In this document: positions 38,042 through 48,080 of the stretch, piece after piece
Position numbering within the stretch: the stretch's first letter is position 1
How the letters are laid out: every line of letters begins with the position of its first letter
Source: Chitinophagales bacterium
Lineage (GTDB): Bacteria > Bacteroidota > Bacteroidia > Chitinophagales > JADIYW01
Assembly: GCA_017984135.1 (NCBI GenBank)
Contig: JAGNZZ010000003.1
Coordinates: 74,660 to 138,659 of the forward strand
Direction of reading: 5' to 3'
Length of the DNA stretch: 64,000 nucleotides
The notes under the pieces: model-generated
Told to the model about the DNA's origin: nothing
What the model saw: the letters and a program-made list of their open reading frames with translations, nothing else
The model's database searches: none
Made by a program: the position numbers and the translations under genes

Positions 38042-39682
38042 TCATTTTATTTTGATTAATTTTTGGCTTACCACATCATCATTTTGTTTAATAGAAATTA
38101 CATATTCACCACTTGGTAAATCTTGCAAATGTTGAATTTCAATTTTATTATTTCCCATATTGCTTTTGCCATTCCATAAAGTTTCCACCATTAATTGTCC
38201 AATTAAATTTTGAATGGTAATGGATGTTGGTTTCATTTCTTTGGCATCAAATTCTACCACAATAGCATTGCTAAATGGATTGGGATATACTTTTAGTTCT
38301 TGAATATTCGAATTATGTTTTATTCCAGATAGCACGATGGAATCTTGTTTAATGATTCTAAATTTATCAAACACATCGCCATTGTCTTTGTAAAAAATTC
38401 CAGTAATTTGCTGATTGTCGATTTCTAAAATCATACTTCCCACTGCATCATTTCCCATATATTTTTTATGCATCACTGGATGCATTTTTCCATTTTCATC
38501 ATCCGATTTGCTGCTGTTTCCAACCACACCATAAACAGTACCTTTGTTTTTATTTGGGCCATAAGTATATTTAATGTAGGTTCTATTGCTATCTGGATTT
38601 CCAGAAGAACTATCGACCATCATGGTTGCTTTATTGAAGGAAGAGGATGCGCCATAATGTTTGTTGATTAAATAGGAACGTTCATATACATGACTGTGTC
38701 CGCATAAAATTAAATCGACACCATATTGTTCCAAAATGGGCACTACTCGTTCACGCATGCTTGCTGAAAAAACTTCCCAAAAATCGTCGGTATCATGTGT
38801 ACCTTTGGAGTAAGGTGCTTGATGCCAATAGGCTACTTTAAATTTTTTATTAGAAGATTGTAAATCATTAATCAACCAATTTTTAAACGTAGTTCCAAAT
38901 AAATCCCAAAGCACCAATACACGATACATTTCTGAATTGAGTGCTAAAAAATGGGTATTGCCATAATCATAAGAATAATAAGCTTCCATGCCTGAAGGAA
39001 CGCCACCCATTTCAGCATTTTTAAATACATCAACTATATCATAATATGGACCACGATGTGTTTGTGGTTCATCGGCACCATTTACACTATTATAATCATG
39101 GTTTCCCGGAATGGGATAAAATGGTAGAAACCTAAAAATGGAATCATAACCATACACCTTATCAAAAACTTTTGTTTGATATTCATAATCGGTTCCGTTG
39201 GTGTAGGCATTGTCGCCCATCCAAAGCCATGCATTAACTTCATTCGATTGTATGTAATTTTGAAACCATTTACGCACTTTTATTTGATTGGTATTTCCAC
39301 TGCCAAAATCGCCGGTTACCCAAAAACGGAAAGGTGTAGTATCGCCCGGATTGATAGCCGTTTTAAAATGATGATGCGCGTCATTTCCTGCCAGCACAAC
39401 GGTATCAAATCCTACACAATAATAGTATGTTGAATTTGAATTTAATCCTGAAATTTGTACTGTGTGGTTTTTAGTCAAAACAGTGTCCACAATAGTATTT
39501 ATTAATGAGGTAGGCGAATGACCATATTTTACTTTACCTATAGTAGAATCGCTGGTACGCCACATAATTTTCACACTTTTGTTCGTCATACTTTGTAAAT
39601 ATGGACCACGCACTAATGTTTGTGCGTGACAAAATTGTATTAAAATAAATAGGATTAAAAATGGGAATAAATACTTCTTCAT
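38042..39682 (-). CDS. Purple-acid-phosphatase-like metallophosphoesterase with a T9SS C-terminal sorting domain
   Basis: Signal peptide and an N-terminal FN3-like PAP domain (LVRGPYLQSMT...IMWRT). Metallophosphoesterase motifs GDFG, GDNAY, GNHD and GHSHVYER. CTD: VYPNPFSNAIVVEF...GEYVISI. Confidence 0.8.
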   Translation of the reverse strand: MKKYLFPFLILFILIQFCHAQTLVRGPYLQSMTNKSVKIMWRTSDSTIGKVKYGHSPTSLINTIVDTVLTKNHTVQISGLNSNSTYYYCVGFDTVVLAGNDAHHHFKTAINPGDTTPFRFWVTGDFGSGNTNQIKVRKWFQNYIQSNEVNAWLWMGDNAYTNGTDYEYQTKVFDKVYGYDSIFRFLPFYPIPGNHDYNSVNGADEPQTHRGPYYDIVDVFKNAEMGGVPSGMEAYYSYDYGNTHFLALNSEMYRVLVLWDLFGTTFKNWLINDLQSSNKKFKVAYWHQAPYSKGTHDTDDFWEVFSASMRERVVPILEQYGVDLILCGHSHVYERSYLINKHYGASSSFNKATMMVDSSSGNPDSNRTYIKYTYGPNKNKGTVYGVVGNSSKSDDENGKMHPVMHKKYMGNDAVGSMILEIDNQQITGIFYKDNGDVFDKFRIIKQDSIVLSGIKHNSNIQELKVYPNPFSNAIVVEFDAKEMKPTSITIQNLIGQLMVETLWNGKSNMGNNKIEIQHLQDLPSGEYVISIKQNDDVVSQKLIKIK

Positions 39683-39743
39683 ACCGAAAGGTTTGTATAA
39701 AGATAGTAAAATCTAATAAAAATATTCTTGAAAAATGGGTGTA

Positions 39744-40208
39744 TTATTTTTGTTTTTTATCGATCAATATGCCGATATCAGATATGCCGTTAAGTGGATC
39801 TTTGCGCATGAGTTGGATAATAGAAATTTGATATTTACCTTTTTTATACAAAGGTAAATTCGTTTTTAATGGAACTGTTTGCGTGCAGATACTGCCTGAG
39901 TTTTTACCAAAAGGTTTTCCATCGTTTTTAAACAAAGGAATTTCATATCGAAAGGAAGTATCGATTCCATTTCCTATTACCAATACCTTCAACCATAAAT
40001 TACTGAATTCAAAATCGTTAGAATGGCGTACACTTATCGCATATTCATAGTTGGAATTTTCATCTTCGATAACAAAAGGAAATTGAACCGTGTCTGTAGA
40101 TTTCCATGCATTATTATCTACCGAATGATATTGATTATATATATGTTTTTGGTTACATGCGGTTAATACCACAAAACTGATAATAAAAGATGAAATTAAA
40201 TTTTTCAT
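39744..40208 (-). CDS. gldH: Gliding-motility lipoprotein GldH
   Basis: 154 aa with lipobox VLTAC. Its size and blocks (YHSVDNNAW, NLWLKVLV, FKNDGKPFGKNSGS, GKYQISIIQLMR, GISDIGILIDKK) parallel my recollection of Flavobacterium GldH. Confidence 0.7.
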   Translation of the reverse strand: MKNLISSFIISFVVLTACNQKHIYNQYHSVDNNAWKSTDTVQFPFVIEDENSNYEYAISVRHSNDFEFSNLWLKVLVIGNGIDTSFRYEIPLFKNDGKPFGKNSGSICTQTVPLKTNLPLYKKGKYQISIIQLMRKDPLNGISDIGILIDKKQK

Positions 40209-40246
40209 TTGGTAAAATTATTATACATTACTGAACAATCATAATA

Positions 40247-42385
40247 TTATTCAATCATTTTCAAAAATGTTTCTTCATCAATAATATTTATGCTTGGAAT
40301 TTTTTGCGCTTTGGCTAATTTTCCACCTGCTTTTTCACCTGCAATTAAATAATTTAAATTAGAGCTTACAGCACTTAAATTTTTACCTCCATTTTTTTCA
40401 ATCATCAGCTTAATGTCATCTCTAGAATAACGAGGAAATGTGCCTGTACATAAGAATGTTTTTCCGTTTAATGTATTGGAGTTTAATTGAATTTCTTTTT
40501 GTGCAATATTGACACCTAATTCTTCTAAATTTTCAATTAATGCTATACTTTCTTTGTCGGAAAAATATTGGAATAAGGATTGAGCAACTTTAGGTCCAAC
40601 ATCTTCTAACTCTAAAAATTGTGCTTCATTCCAAAGTTGAAAATCGGTGAGTTTGTTTACTTTCTTAGCCAACATTTTTGCAGTAGTATTTCCTACATGT
40701 CGAATACTCAAACCTACAATCAAACGATGTAATTCATTTTGTTTTGACGCTTCAATTCCATCTTTTAAATTTTGAATCGATTTATCTTTCCAACCTTCTA
40801 ATTGTCGAACTTTATCATAGTCTATTTCATAAATTGAATGGATATTATGAATTATTCCATGTCGTAAAAATGTACGCACATTTTCTTCACCAAACCCAAA
40901 AATATCCATTGCTTGTTTGGATACAAAATGTATCAAATGCTCTTCTAATTGCGCCGGACAATTCGTGTTGATGCAACGCCATACACTTTCATCCATTGGT
41001 TTAACTAACTGATGTTCACAAGAAGGACAATGTGTAGGAAATTTTATTTTAAGTTCATTTCCACTTCGTTTTTCCGGAATACTACCCACGATATATGGAA
41101 TCACATCGCCGGCACGTTCAACAATCACCGTATCGTTCAACATAATATTTTTATCCAAAATAAAATCTTCATTATGCAAGGATATTGAAGCTATTTCAAC
41201 ACCCATTAATTGAACTGGTTCAATTTTAGCAACTGGCGTAATCGCACCAGTTCTGCCCACTTGAAAATCAACTTGCAGCAATACAGAAGTTGCTTGTTTG
41301 GCTTTAAATTTATAAGCTACTGCCCATTTTGGGTGATGAGATGTTTTACCAATTAGTTGTTGTTGATGGATGTCATTGACTTTTACCACCATTCCATCGA
41401 TATCAAAATGATAGCTATCTCTTTTGGTTTCCCAAAGTTTACAAAATGCTTCTACTTCTAAAATGGAACTAAAAATGCCTTTTTCTTGAAATGGTGTTTT
41501 AAAACCCAACTGTGTTAATACTTCTAAATTATGATTATGTGTTTTAAAGATATTTGTAATGTCATTTCCTTGTTTATCTTCAGCATATCCAATTTGATAA
41601 ATGGTCGCATCTAATTTACGTGCGGCCACTTCTGCACTGTCTTTTAATCGCAAACTACCTGCTGCGGTATTGCGCGCATTTTTATAGAGTTCTAATTCTT
41701 TTTTGTTATCAGCACGTAATATTTCATTTTGTTTTCTCCGTTCAATGTTTAACTTTTCCAGCATGACTAATTCCAATAAAACTTCGCCACGAACCTCAAT
41801 TTTATGAATACCAAATTGGGAGAAATTGGCATTTAATGGAATGGATTTAATAGCTTTTGCGTTGGGTGTAATGTCATCACCTTCCAAGCCGTTGCCACGC
41901 GTGGCAGCACGAACTAAAATATCGTTTTCATATACTAATGCGATACTGCTACCATCAAATTTAGGCTCTGCAATGTAATGTACAATGGTATGTTGCGGCA
42001 ATGCTTTTTTTACTTGTGTATTAAACTCTTCTAAATCAGAGATATTATATGAATTATTTAAGGACATCATTGGTACCAGATGCGTCACAGTAGAAAATTC
42101 TTTGTTTAAACCTTTGGCTACTCGTTGTGTGGGTGAATCAGCGGTAATTAAATTGGGATTCTCTTCTTCAATTTGTTTTAATTTTTTAAACAATCTATCA
42201 TAATCAAAATCTGTTATTACTGAATTTGATTGCACATAATATAATTGGTCATGGAAATTAATAACGGCTTTTAAATCGTTGCTAAACCATTCAAGTTCGT
42301 TTTCAGGAATAAAATCATCGAGCTTACGCAACAAATTTTCTGTTTGAGCTATAGAAAGTTGATGTTGGTTTGAAAATAAATCCAT
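40247..42385 (-). CDS. ligA: NAD-dependent DNA ligase
   Basis: Adenylation motif AEPKFDGSSIAL, an OB fold, a Zn finger (CPSCEH...CINTNCPAQ), HhH repeats and a C-terminal BRCT domain (FLCTGTF...). Confidence 0.95.
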   Translation of the reverse strand: MDLFSNQHQLSIAQTENLLRKLDDFIPENELEWFSNDLKAVINFHDQLYYVQSNSVITDFDYDRLFKKLKQIEEENPNLITADSPTQRVAKGLNKEFSTVTHLVPMMSLNNSYNISDLEEFNTQVKKALPQHTIVHYIAEPKFDGSSIALVYENDILVRAATRGNGLEGDDITPNAKAIKSIPLNANFSQFGIHKIEVRGEVLLELVMLEKLNIERRKQNEILRADNKKELELYKNARNTAAGSLRLKDSAEVAARKLDATIYQIGYAEDKQGNDITNIFKTHNHNLEVLTQLGFKTPFQEKGIFSSILEVEAFCKLWETKRDSYHFDIDGMVVKVNDIHQQQLIGKTSHHPKWAVAYKFKAKQATSVLLQVDFQVGRTGAITPVAKIEPVQLMGVEIASISLHNEDFILDKNIMLNDTVIVERAGDVIPYIVGSIPEKRSGNELKIKFPTHCPSCEHQLVKPMDESVWRCINTNCPAQLEEHLIHFVSKQAMDIFGFGEENVRTFLRHGIIHNIHSIYEIDYDKVRQLEGWKDKSIQNLKDGIEASKQNELHRLIVGLSIRHVGNTTAKMLAKKVNKLTDFQLWNEAQFLELEDVGPKVAQSLFQYFSDKESIALIENLEELGVNIAQKEIQLNSNTLNGKTFLCTGTFPRYSRDDIKLMIEKNGGKNLSAVSSNLNYLIAGEKAGGKLAKAQKIPSINIIDEETFLKMIE

Positions 42386-42472
42386 GAAACAAAGATAGAT
42401 GAAGGATTGAAATTATGAAAGAACAAATGTAGGCTCGAAGTTCGTTTTATTACAATAAACACTTCACTAAAA

Positions 42473-42709
42473 TTATATCTTTAATTCATCAATTGATTTT
42501 GATAATAAAATATCTTTTTCAGTAATAGAATTGTCTGCGTCATGAGTTTGCAAGGAAAGTATAACTTTATTATATACATTGTAAATCTCCGGATGATGAT
42601 TTTGTTTTTCGGCAAGCAGGGCAACTTGAGTGATAAACGAAAATGCTTCTATAAAATCTTTAAATACAAAACATTTTGTAAGTTTATTATCTTTTGTAAT
42701 CCAACTCAT
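42473..42709 (-). CDS. phhB: Pterin-4-alpha-carbinolamine dehydratase
   Basis: 78 aa with FKDFIEAFSFITQVALLAEKQNHHPEIYNVYNKV (the HHP catalytic block). Confidence 0.85.
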   Translation of the reverse strand: MSWITKDNKLTKCFVFKDFIEAFSFITQVALLAEKQNHHPEIYNVYNKVILSLQTHDADNSITEKDILLSKSIDELKI

Positions 42710-42747
42710 ACTCTATTTTATTTATCTTGTATAAAATTAATAAAAAA

Positions 42748-43671
42748 ATGAATTGGAAACTTCGCTCCTTGCTTTGGTTCGTTAATAATGTTCAACCCAT
42801 ACGCTCCATAGAAAATAAAGAGATTGAAAACGAGCGAAAACGACTGGTGCGTGTTTCGGGTTTGGGTAAATTTTTATTCGATAAAAAAATACCTATTCGA
42901 GCTATTAAAAATTTCAAAATTGAAGGCATTCCGGTACGTCTTTACAATCAATCCGAACATGAAAACAAGAAAGTTATATTTTTTATTCATGGTGGTGGAT
43001 TTGTTTTTTACAATATAGATTCGCATGATTATGTGTGCCGTCGATTATGTGACATGAATGACTGTGTGGTGATTTCCATTGATTACCGATTAGCTCCTGA
43101 GCATTCATTTCCGGCAGCACATGATGATGTGTTTCAGGTGATAGAATATGTTGCAAAAAATGCAGCTAAATTAGGCATTGATGCACAAAAAATAATCGTT
43201 GCCGGAGATAGTGCCGGTGGCAATATTGCAGCTTGTGCATCACATCATTTTAGAAATCATACACAATTAAAAATTGCCGCTCAAGTGTTAATCTATCCTT
43301 GGATAGACGGCAAATTACAATCCAATTCTATAGAGAAATATAGCCAAGGATACTTACTTACTAAAGAAGCCATGATTTGGTTTCAGCAACAATATATACC
43401 CAATGTAGAAGATCGTTTAAATCCGTTGGTATCGCCTATTTATCATAAAGAATTTAACCAATTAGCGCCGGCTTTTATTCTAACTGCTGAGTACGATCCA
43501 CTAAAAGAGGATGGCATTGTGTATGCCGAAAAATTAAAGCAACATGGAAATGTGGTGCTCTATAAAGATTATCCTAAATTAATTCATGGCTTTTTTAATA
43601 TTCCAAAAATTGCTACCGAAAGCATGCAAGCATATTATGATATACAAGCATTTTTGAAGAAAGTGGTATAA
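42748..43671 (+). CDS. Alpha/beta hydrolase, hormone-sensitive-lipase-type esterase
   Basis: Oxyanion motif HGGGF, nucleophile GDSAGG, and late D...H (EYDPLKED, LIHGF). Start moved to the first ATG (Met8). Confidence 0.85.
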   Translation: MNWKLRSLLWFVNNVQPIRSIENKEIENERKRLVRVSGLGKFLFDKKIPIRAIKNFKIEGIPVRLYNQSEHENKKVIFFIHGGGFVFYNIDSHDYVCRRLCDMNDCVVISIDYRLAPEHSFPAAHDDVFQVIEYVAKNAAKLGIDAQKIIVAGDSAGGNIAACASHHFRNHTQLKIAAQVLIYPWIDGKLQSNSIEKYSQGYLLTKEAMIWFQQQYIPNVEDRLNPLVSPIYHKEFNQLAPAFILTAEYDPLKEDGIVYAEKLKQHGNVVLYKDYPKLIHGFFNIPKIATESMQAYYDIQAFLKKVV

Positions 43672-43680
43672 AGAGATTTA

Positions 43681-44076
43681 TTATTGCTTGGTGGTACTTA
43701 ATACCATTTTCAATTTTAGCTTAGCACCTAACGACATGACATCTACCAAATCTTGTACGGTTAAATTATCGGCAACACGCAATACCACTGTTGGGTCTGG
43801 ATTGTTCGCCATCGCCGTAGTAAGTGCATTTTCTAAACCATCCAAAGGGATTTCGGTGGTATTGATATAATACCGTTTGTCTTCGGTAACAGAAAGTGTT
43901 ACTGGTTGTTTTGCCAATTGCTCAGTAGTGTTGGCTTTAGGCAACATCAATTTTATAACATTGGGATTCGCAATGGTAGAAATAATCAAGAAAAACAACA
44001 TTAAAAAGAACATAATATCATTCATGGATGCCATGGCATCTTCATCGTGAAACGGTCTTCTTCGTTTAATATTCAT
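43681..44076 (-). CDS. exbD: ExbD/TolR-family biopolymer transport protein
   Basis: 131 aa with a single TM (IMFFLMLFFLIIST), a conserved Asp in SMNDIMF, and a periplasmic domain. Confidence 0.85.
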   Translation of the reverse strand: MNIKRRRPFHDEDAMASMNDIMFFLMLFFLIISTIANPNVIKLMLPKANTTEQLAKQPVTLSVTEDKRYYINTTEIPLDGLENALTTAMANNPDPTVVLRVADNLTVQDLVDVMSLGAKLKLKMVLSTTKQ

Positions 44077-44102
44077 AATGAATGTTTATTGTTCTAAAAA
44101 AA

Positions 44103-44804
44103 TTATTTTACTGGTTTTTGTATGCCTCTTACAAACTCAAAAATTTGTTTTTGTAATTTCATAGAATAATTATCAATGAGCGTTAAGAGAAAATGATAAC
44201 CCATGAATGCAATAACACCAACTACCAAACCGGCTGCCGACGTAATCATTTTTTGATATAAACCTGCAGAAATAGTACCAATAGAAATATCAGCAGTTTG
44301 AGATATTTTAAAGAAAATTAAAATTACACCTAAGATCGTTCCGATGAAACCTAAACGTGGCGCCACACCAGAAATAATACTAATCCAACTGGTGCGTTTT
44401 TCCATTTCATTTATTTCGATATTCGATTGAATTTCCAATGCTTTTTCGATATGGTCAATAGGTTTACCTAATTGAGAAATTCCGGCTTGTAATACATTTC
44501 CTAAAGCGGTTTTATCGGAAGTACATAATGCATCAGCTCCTTGTAAATTTCCGGAATACAATTTATCTAACACTTCACGCACTAAACTGTCGTTAATTTT
44601 AGAACGTTGGTTAAAAAACAACCATCTTTCTACAATAAAAAATATAGAAACGGCAAAAAGAAGGATAAGTGGAATCATAATTACACCACCTTTCATTAAC
44701 AGTCCCATGACGGATAGTTCTTCAATTGGAGCTGGCGATGCCGGCATAATTGCGTTGCTTGTGTCAACGACTGCAGTAGTTACAGCTTGCAAAAATATTC
44801 CCAT
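44103..44804 (-). CDS. exbB: MotA/TolQ/ExbB-family proton channel
   Basis: 233 aa with three TM segments. C-terminal block APRLGFIGTILGVI ... ISAGLYQKMITSAAGLVVGV. It sits directly upstream of exbD. Confidence 0.85.
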   Translation of the reverse strand: MGIFLQAVTTAVVDTSNAIMPASPAPIEELSVMGLLMKGGVIMIPLILLFAVSIFFIVERWLFFNQRSKINDSLVREVLDKLYSGNLQGADALCTSDKTALGNVLQAGISQLGKPIDHIEKALEIQSNIEINEMEKRTSWISIISGVAPRLGFIGTILGVILIFFKISQTADISIGTISAGLYQKMITSAAGLVVGVIAFMGYHFLLTLIDNYSMKLQKQIFEFVRGIQKPVK

Positions 44805-45037
44805 TAATTTTTATTTATTGGACAAAATTAAGATTTTAACTGTAACGTACAAATGGAATCTGCTATTGCATTGTGGATAACCTTTTTTTTTACTGATTTA
44901 ACATTTTTTGACAAGCAGCGCCAACTAAATTCCATTTTCCTACTTAATGGATAGCGGTAAATAATTTTTTATATTTTTAAGTATATTCATACACTTATTT
45001 AATAATATATTTATATTTACATAGAAATATATTATTT

Positions 45038-47917
45038 ATGAAATCCACTATCTTTGCTTTTTTGCTTGTCATTCAATTTACCGGTTTTGCACAACGATTA
45101 CTCAATGAAGTTTGCATAGGCAATGAACAAGATGAGCAACACATATATACACATAGAAACAACGACTCAAGCATTAGTTATTTAATTAAAAAAGTTGACC
45201 TGAATGCTAATTATTCCAATCTTTATTCTCTTCGTCTCATTAAACTAAATGGCCAAAAAGAAGTAATAGTGAATAGATTGGTAGATTCTGTTTTTGGTTT
45301 TTTCTCAGAAAAAAGTATCTATTTTGAAGAGGATGGCAGTTTTATAATTCAATTTTCTCAACAAGATACCATTAATTATAATGAACAAATCAAAATCTGT
45401 AAATTGGATAAAAGTGGCCATTTTATTTGGATGTATGATTCGCTGATATTAAACAGTTTGGATTTTGTAGATGCCAATCTTGTTATCAATAAAGCGAATA
45501 ATGGAGACTATCTAATCAATAATAAATATAGTTTTGGTAATATTTATAAGTTGCTATGTATTGAAAACAATGGAAATCATAAATGGTTAAAGGATATCGA
45601 CTTAACCTATTTTGATGGTTCATTCAACACAAATAACTCAGCTACTATTATTCCAATGGCAAATAACAACTTTATCATTTATTACAATATTATGCATTTA
45701 AATTGGTCAGGTATAGATGGTTTAAGTAGAGTTATTTATTTGGTGGATGACACTGGAAATACCATTAAAAGTGATACGATTTATAAAAATACTAATTATT
45801 TAAATGCTCCTTTTTATGCACTTTTAGATTATAGCCATGTTAATTATTTTTTTGATATTAATCACACAATCGATAGCACAAACGATATTGTACGTGTTAA
45901 GTACAGTGGCATAGATTTATCAATTCTACAAGCGGACACACTTAAAAATAATATTGAAAAAGATGGTTTCTTTAACTACTATGACCCATCTTATGGCTAT
46001 GCGAATTATGATTTAATCGATAAATTACCCATAACAGATACTACAAACTTTTTTATATTTCCTGACCAATCTGTTAATAATGATAGCTTAGTGTATTGCA
46101 AAACCATCAACAATCAATTACTATGGTCTTGTCCATATAATGATACAATAAAATTGGATGGAACAATAAAAAGGATTAATAATCATTCCATATTAATCAA
46201 CAAAACACTCCTTAGAAACGGAGGAATCGTTTGGAGAAGCAATGTGGATTTAAGTGATACCATTTATTACAATGGAAACACATGCAGTATTGCCAGCAAA
46301 AGAATACAAAAGTTTGGAAATGATTATTATTATACTTCTTTATATACCTACAATATATTCAATGGTATCTATAAAATACAATTAATAGATATGAACACCG
46401 GATTAGTGAAAGAAAGCAGTGTAATAGAAATAAAATCTAATGCATTTAATTCAGAATATTTCGGCAATAGAAAATCGTATGTAATTGGTAATTCTAACTC
46501 CATTTGTCATTTTGGAAACAACGATACACATATTGCATATTACGAAAATAATGCAAATACCATAACCGGCATTGCATATATTGATTATAACAACAACAAT
46601 GCGAAAGAAAATAATGAACCTTTATATCCTTACGGATACGTGACTACTGAAAGTAATAGCGATACGCAAACACAACATCTTAGTGGAACCTTACCATTTC
46701 TTTTTAATACAGATACCGGAAAATACACCACACGTTTAGCATTGTATAATAACTATTACAGCTCTACACCGGCAAACTTTATTAGCAATCATTCTACTTA
46801 TCAAAATGCAGATACTATTCTTTTTGCATTACATCCAATTGGAAATAAAAATGATGTAAGTATTCAATTCATCAATAATTGGATGACGAGGTTAGGGCAA
46901 AATAATGCTTACACCATAAGTATTGAAAACAAAGGCACGACAACAGCCAATGGAAAATTAAAATTAAGAATGGATTCCAGGCTTAAAAATGTTACCACAT
47001 CGCCTAATTATGCATACCAAAATGGCGATACTTTAGTATGGAATATTGGCAATTTATTACCTATTCAAAAAGGAGAATCCGTCATTTCATTTACCGCAGA
47101 AACACCTACTACTTTAAATGCCAATGATACTTTAAATTCAATAGCTTGGTACGAAAGTGATTCTATTGATATTACGCCTATTAATAACTTTACTGAATTA
47201 AAAGAAGTAGTTCGTACGTCTTATGATCCCAACGAAAAAGCCATCAGTTACGGTGAAACACTTTCAACTCAACAAATAAACAATGGAACATACATTTCCT
47301 ACATCATTCATTTTCAAAACAAAGGAAACGATACCGCATTTAAAGTGATTGTATTAGATACCTTGAGCGAAAATGTAGATATTCATTCGCTCGAAATTGT
47401 CCATGCTTCGCATTCATATACGTTAGAAATAATTGGAAGAAAAATTTTAAAATTTACCTTTGAAAATATTAAGCTTTCTTCTGACACATTAAACATTAGC
47501 AGCACCGGATACATTGCTTATAAAATAAAACCAATATCCACTTTAGGTGCTGGAAGTTCTATTTATAATTCTGCGCACATTTACTTTGATTACAATGCAC
47601 CTATCAAAACCAACACGGTACAAACAAAAATTCTTTTAGTATCAAATGTATATCATTCAAAAAATGCGAATGGGAAAATGAACATTTTTCCCAATCCAAA
47701 CAATGGCAATTTTACTATAAAATTTGAAAGCAAAGGCCTTGCAGATGTACAATTACAACTCTTTGATGTAAGTGGCAAAATTATACTTTCAAAAAACATA
47801 GTACATCAACAAGAAACTATCCTAGAACTAAATGAAACTGATTTGGCAAAAGGAATTTATTGGATAAAATTATCCGATGGATCAGCTGAATACACTAGCT
47901 CTATTATAGTGCAATAG
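45038..47917 (+). CDS. Large T9SS-secreted surface protein (959 aa) with DUF11-like repeat and CTD
   Basis: Signal peptide. The ~600-aa N-terminal region has no recognisable domain. A conserved-repeat block follows (SYDPNEKAI...YIIHFQNKGNDTAFKVIVLDTL). The type A sorting domain is IFPNPNNGNFTIKF...GIYWIKL. Confidence 0.7.
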   Translation: MKSTIFAFLLVIQFTGFAQRLLNEVCIGNEQDEQHIYTHRNNDSSISYLIKKVDLNANYSNLYSLRLIKLNGQKEVIVNRLVDSVFGFFSEKSIYFEEDGSFIIQFSQQDTINYNEQIKICKLDKSGHFIWMYDSLILNSLDFVDANLVINKANNGDYLINNKYSFGNIYKLLCIENNGNHKWLKDIDLTYFDGSFNTNNSATIIPMANNNFIIYYNIMHLNWSGIDGLSRVIYLVDDTGNTIKSDTIYKNTNYLNAPFYALLDYSHVNYFFDINHTIDSTNDIVRVKYSGIDLSILQADTLKNNIEKDGFFNYYDPSYGYANYDLIDKLPITDTTNFFIFPDQSVNNDSLVYCKTINNQLLWSCPYNDTIKLDGTIKRINNHSILINKTLLRNGGIVWRSNVDLSDTIYYNGNTCSIASKRIQKFGNDYYYTSLYTYNIFNGIYKIQLIDMNTGLVKESSVIEIKSNAFNSEYFGNRKSYVIGNSNSICHFGNNDTHIAYYENNANTITGIAYIDYNNNNAKENNEPLYPYGYVTTESNSDTQTQHLSGTLPFLFNTDTGKYTTRLALYNNYYSSTPANFISNHSTYQNADTILFALHPIGNKNDVSIQFINNWMTRLGQNNAYTISIENKGTTTANGKLKLRMDSRLKNVTTSPNYAYQNGDTLVWNIGNLLPIQKGESVISFTAETPTTLNANDTLNSIAWYESDSIDITPINNFTELKEVVRTSYDPNEKAISYGETLSTQQINNGTYISYIIHFQNKGNDTAFKVIVLDTLSENVDIHSLEIVHASHSYTLEIIGRKILKFTFENIKLSSDTLNISSTGYIAYKIKPISTLGAGSSIYNSAHIYFDYNAPIKTNTVQTKILLVSNVYHSKNANGKMNIFPNPNNGNFTIKFESKGLADVQLQLFDVSGKIILSKNIVHQQETILELNETDLAKGIYWIKLSDGSAEYTSSIIVQ

Positions 47918-48080
47918 TATGTTACATTGAAAATAAACATTCGTAACCTTGTTGTAAACCAAACATACTTATGTTAGTTGTTACTTCCAATAAGTTTATT
48001 TGGAAGTAGATAAATGGATTTGGTTCATTCATTTAAAAAATATTTAGTTATTTTTATCTATCTAAACCATCCAAAACCGA

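Noticed and set aside
47983-48007. Hairpin ACTTCCAA/TTGGAAGT after the 959-aa cargo gene as a terminator
   Set aside because: It has a 9-nt loop and no following T-run. It may still function, but the evidence is insufficient.
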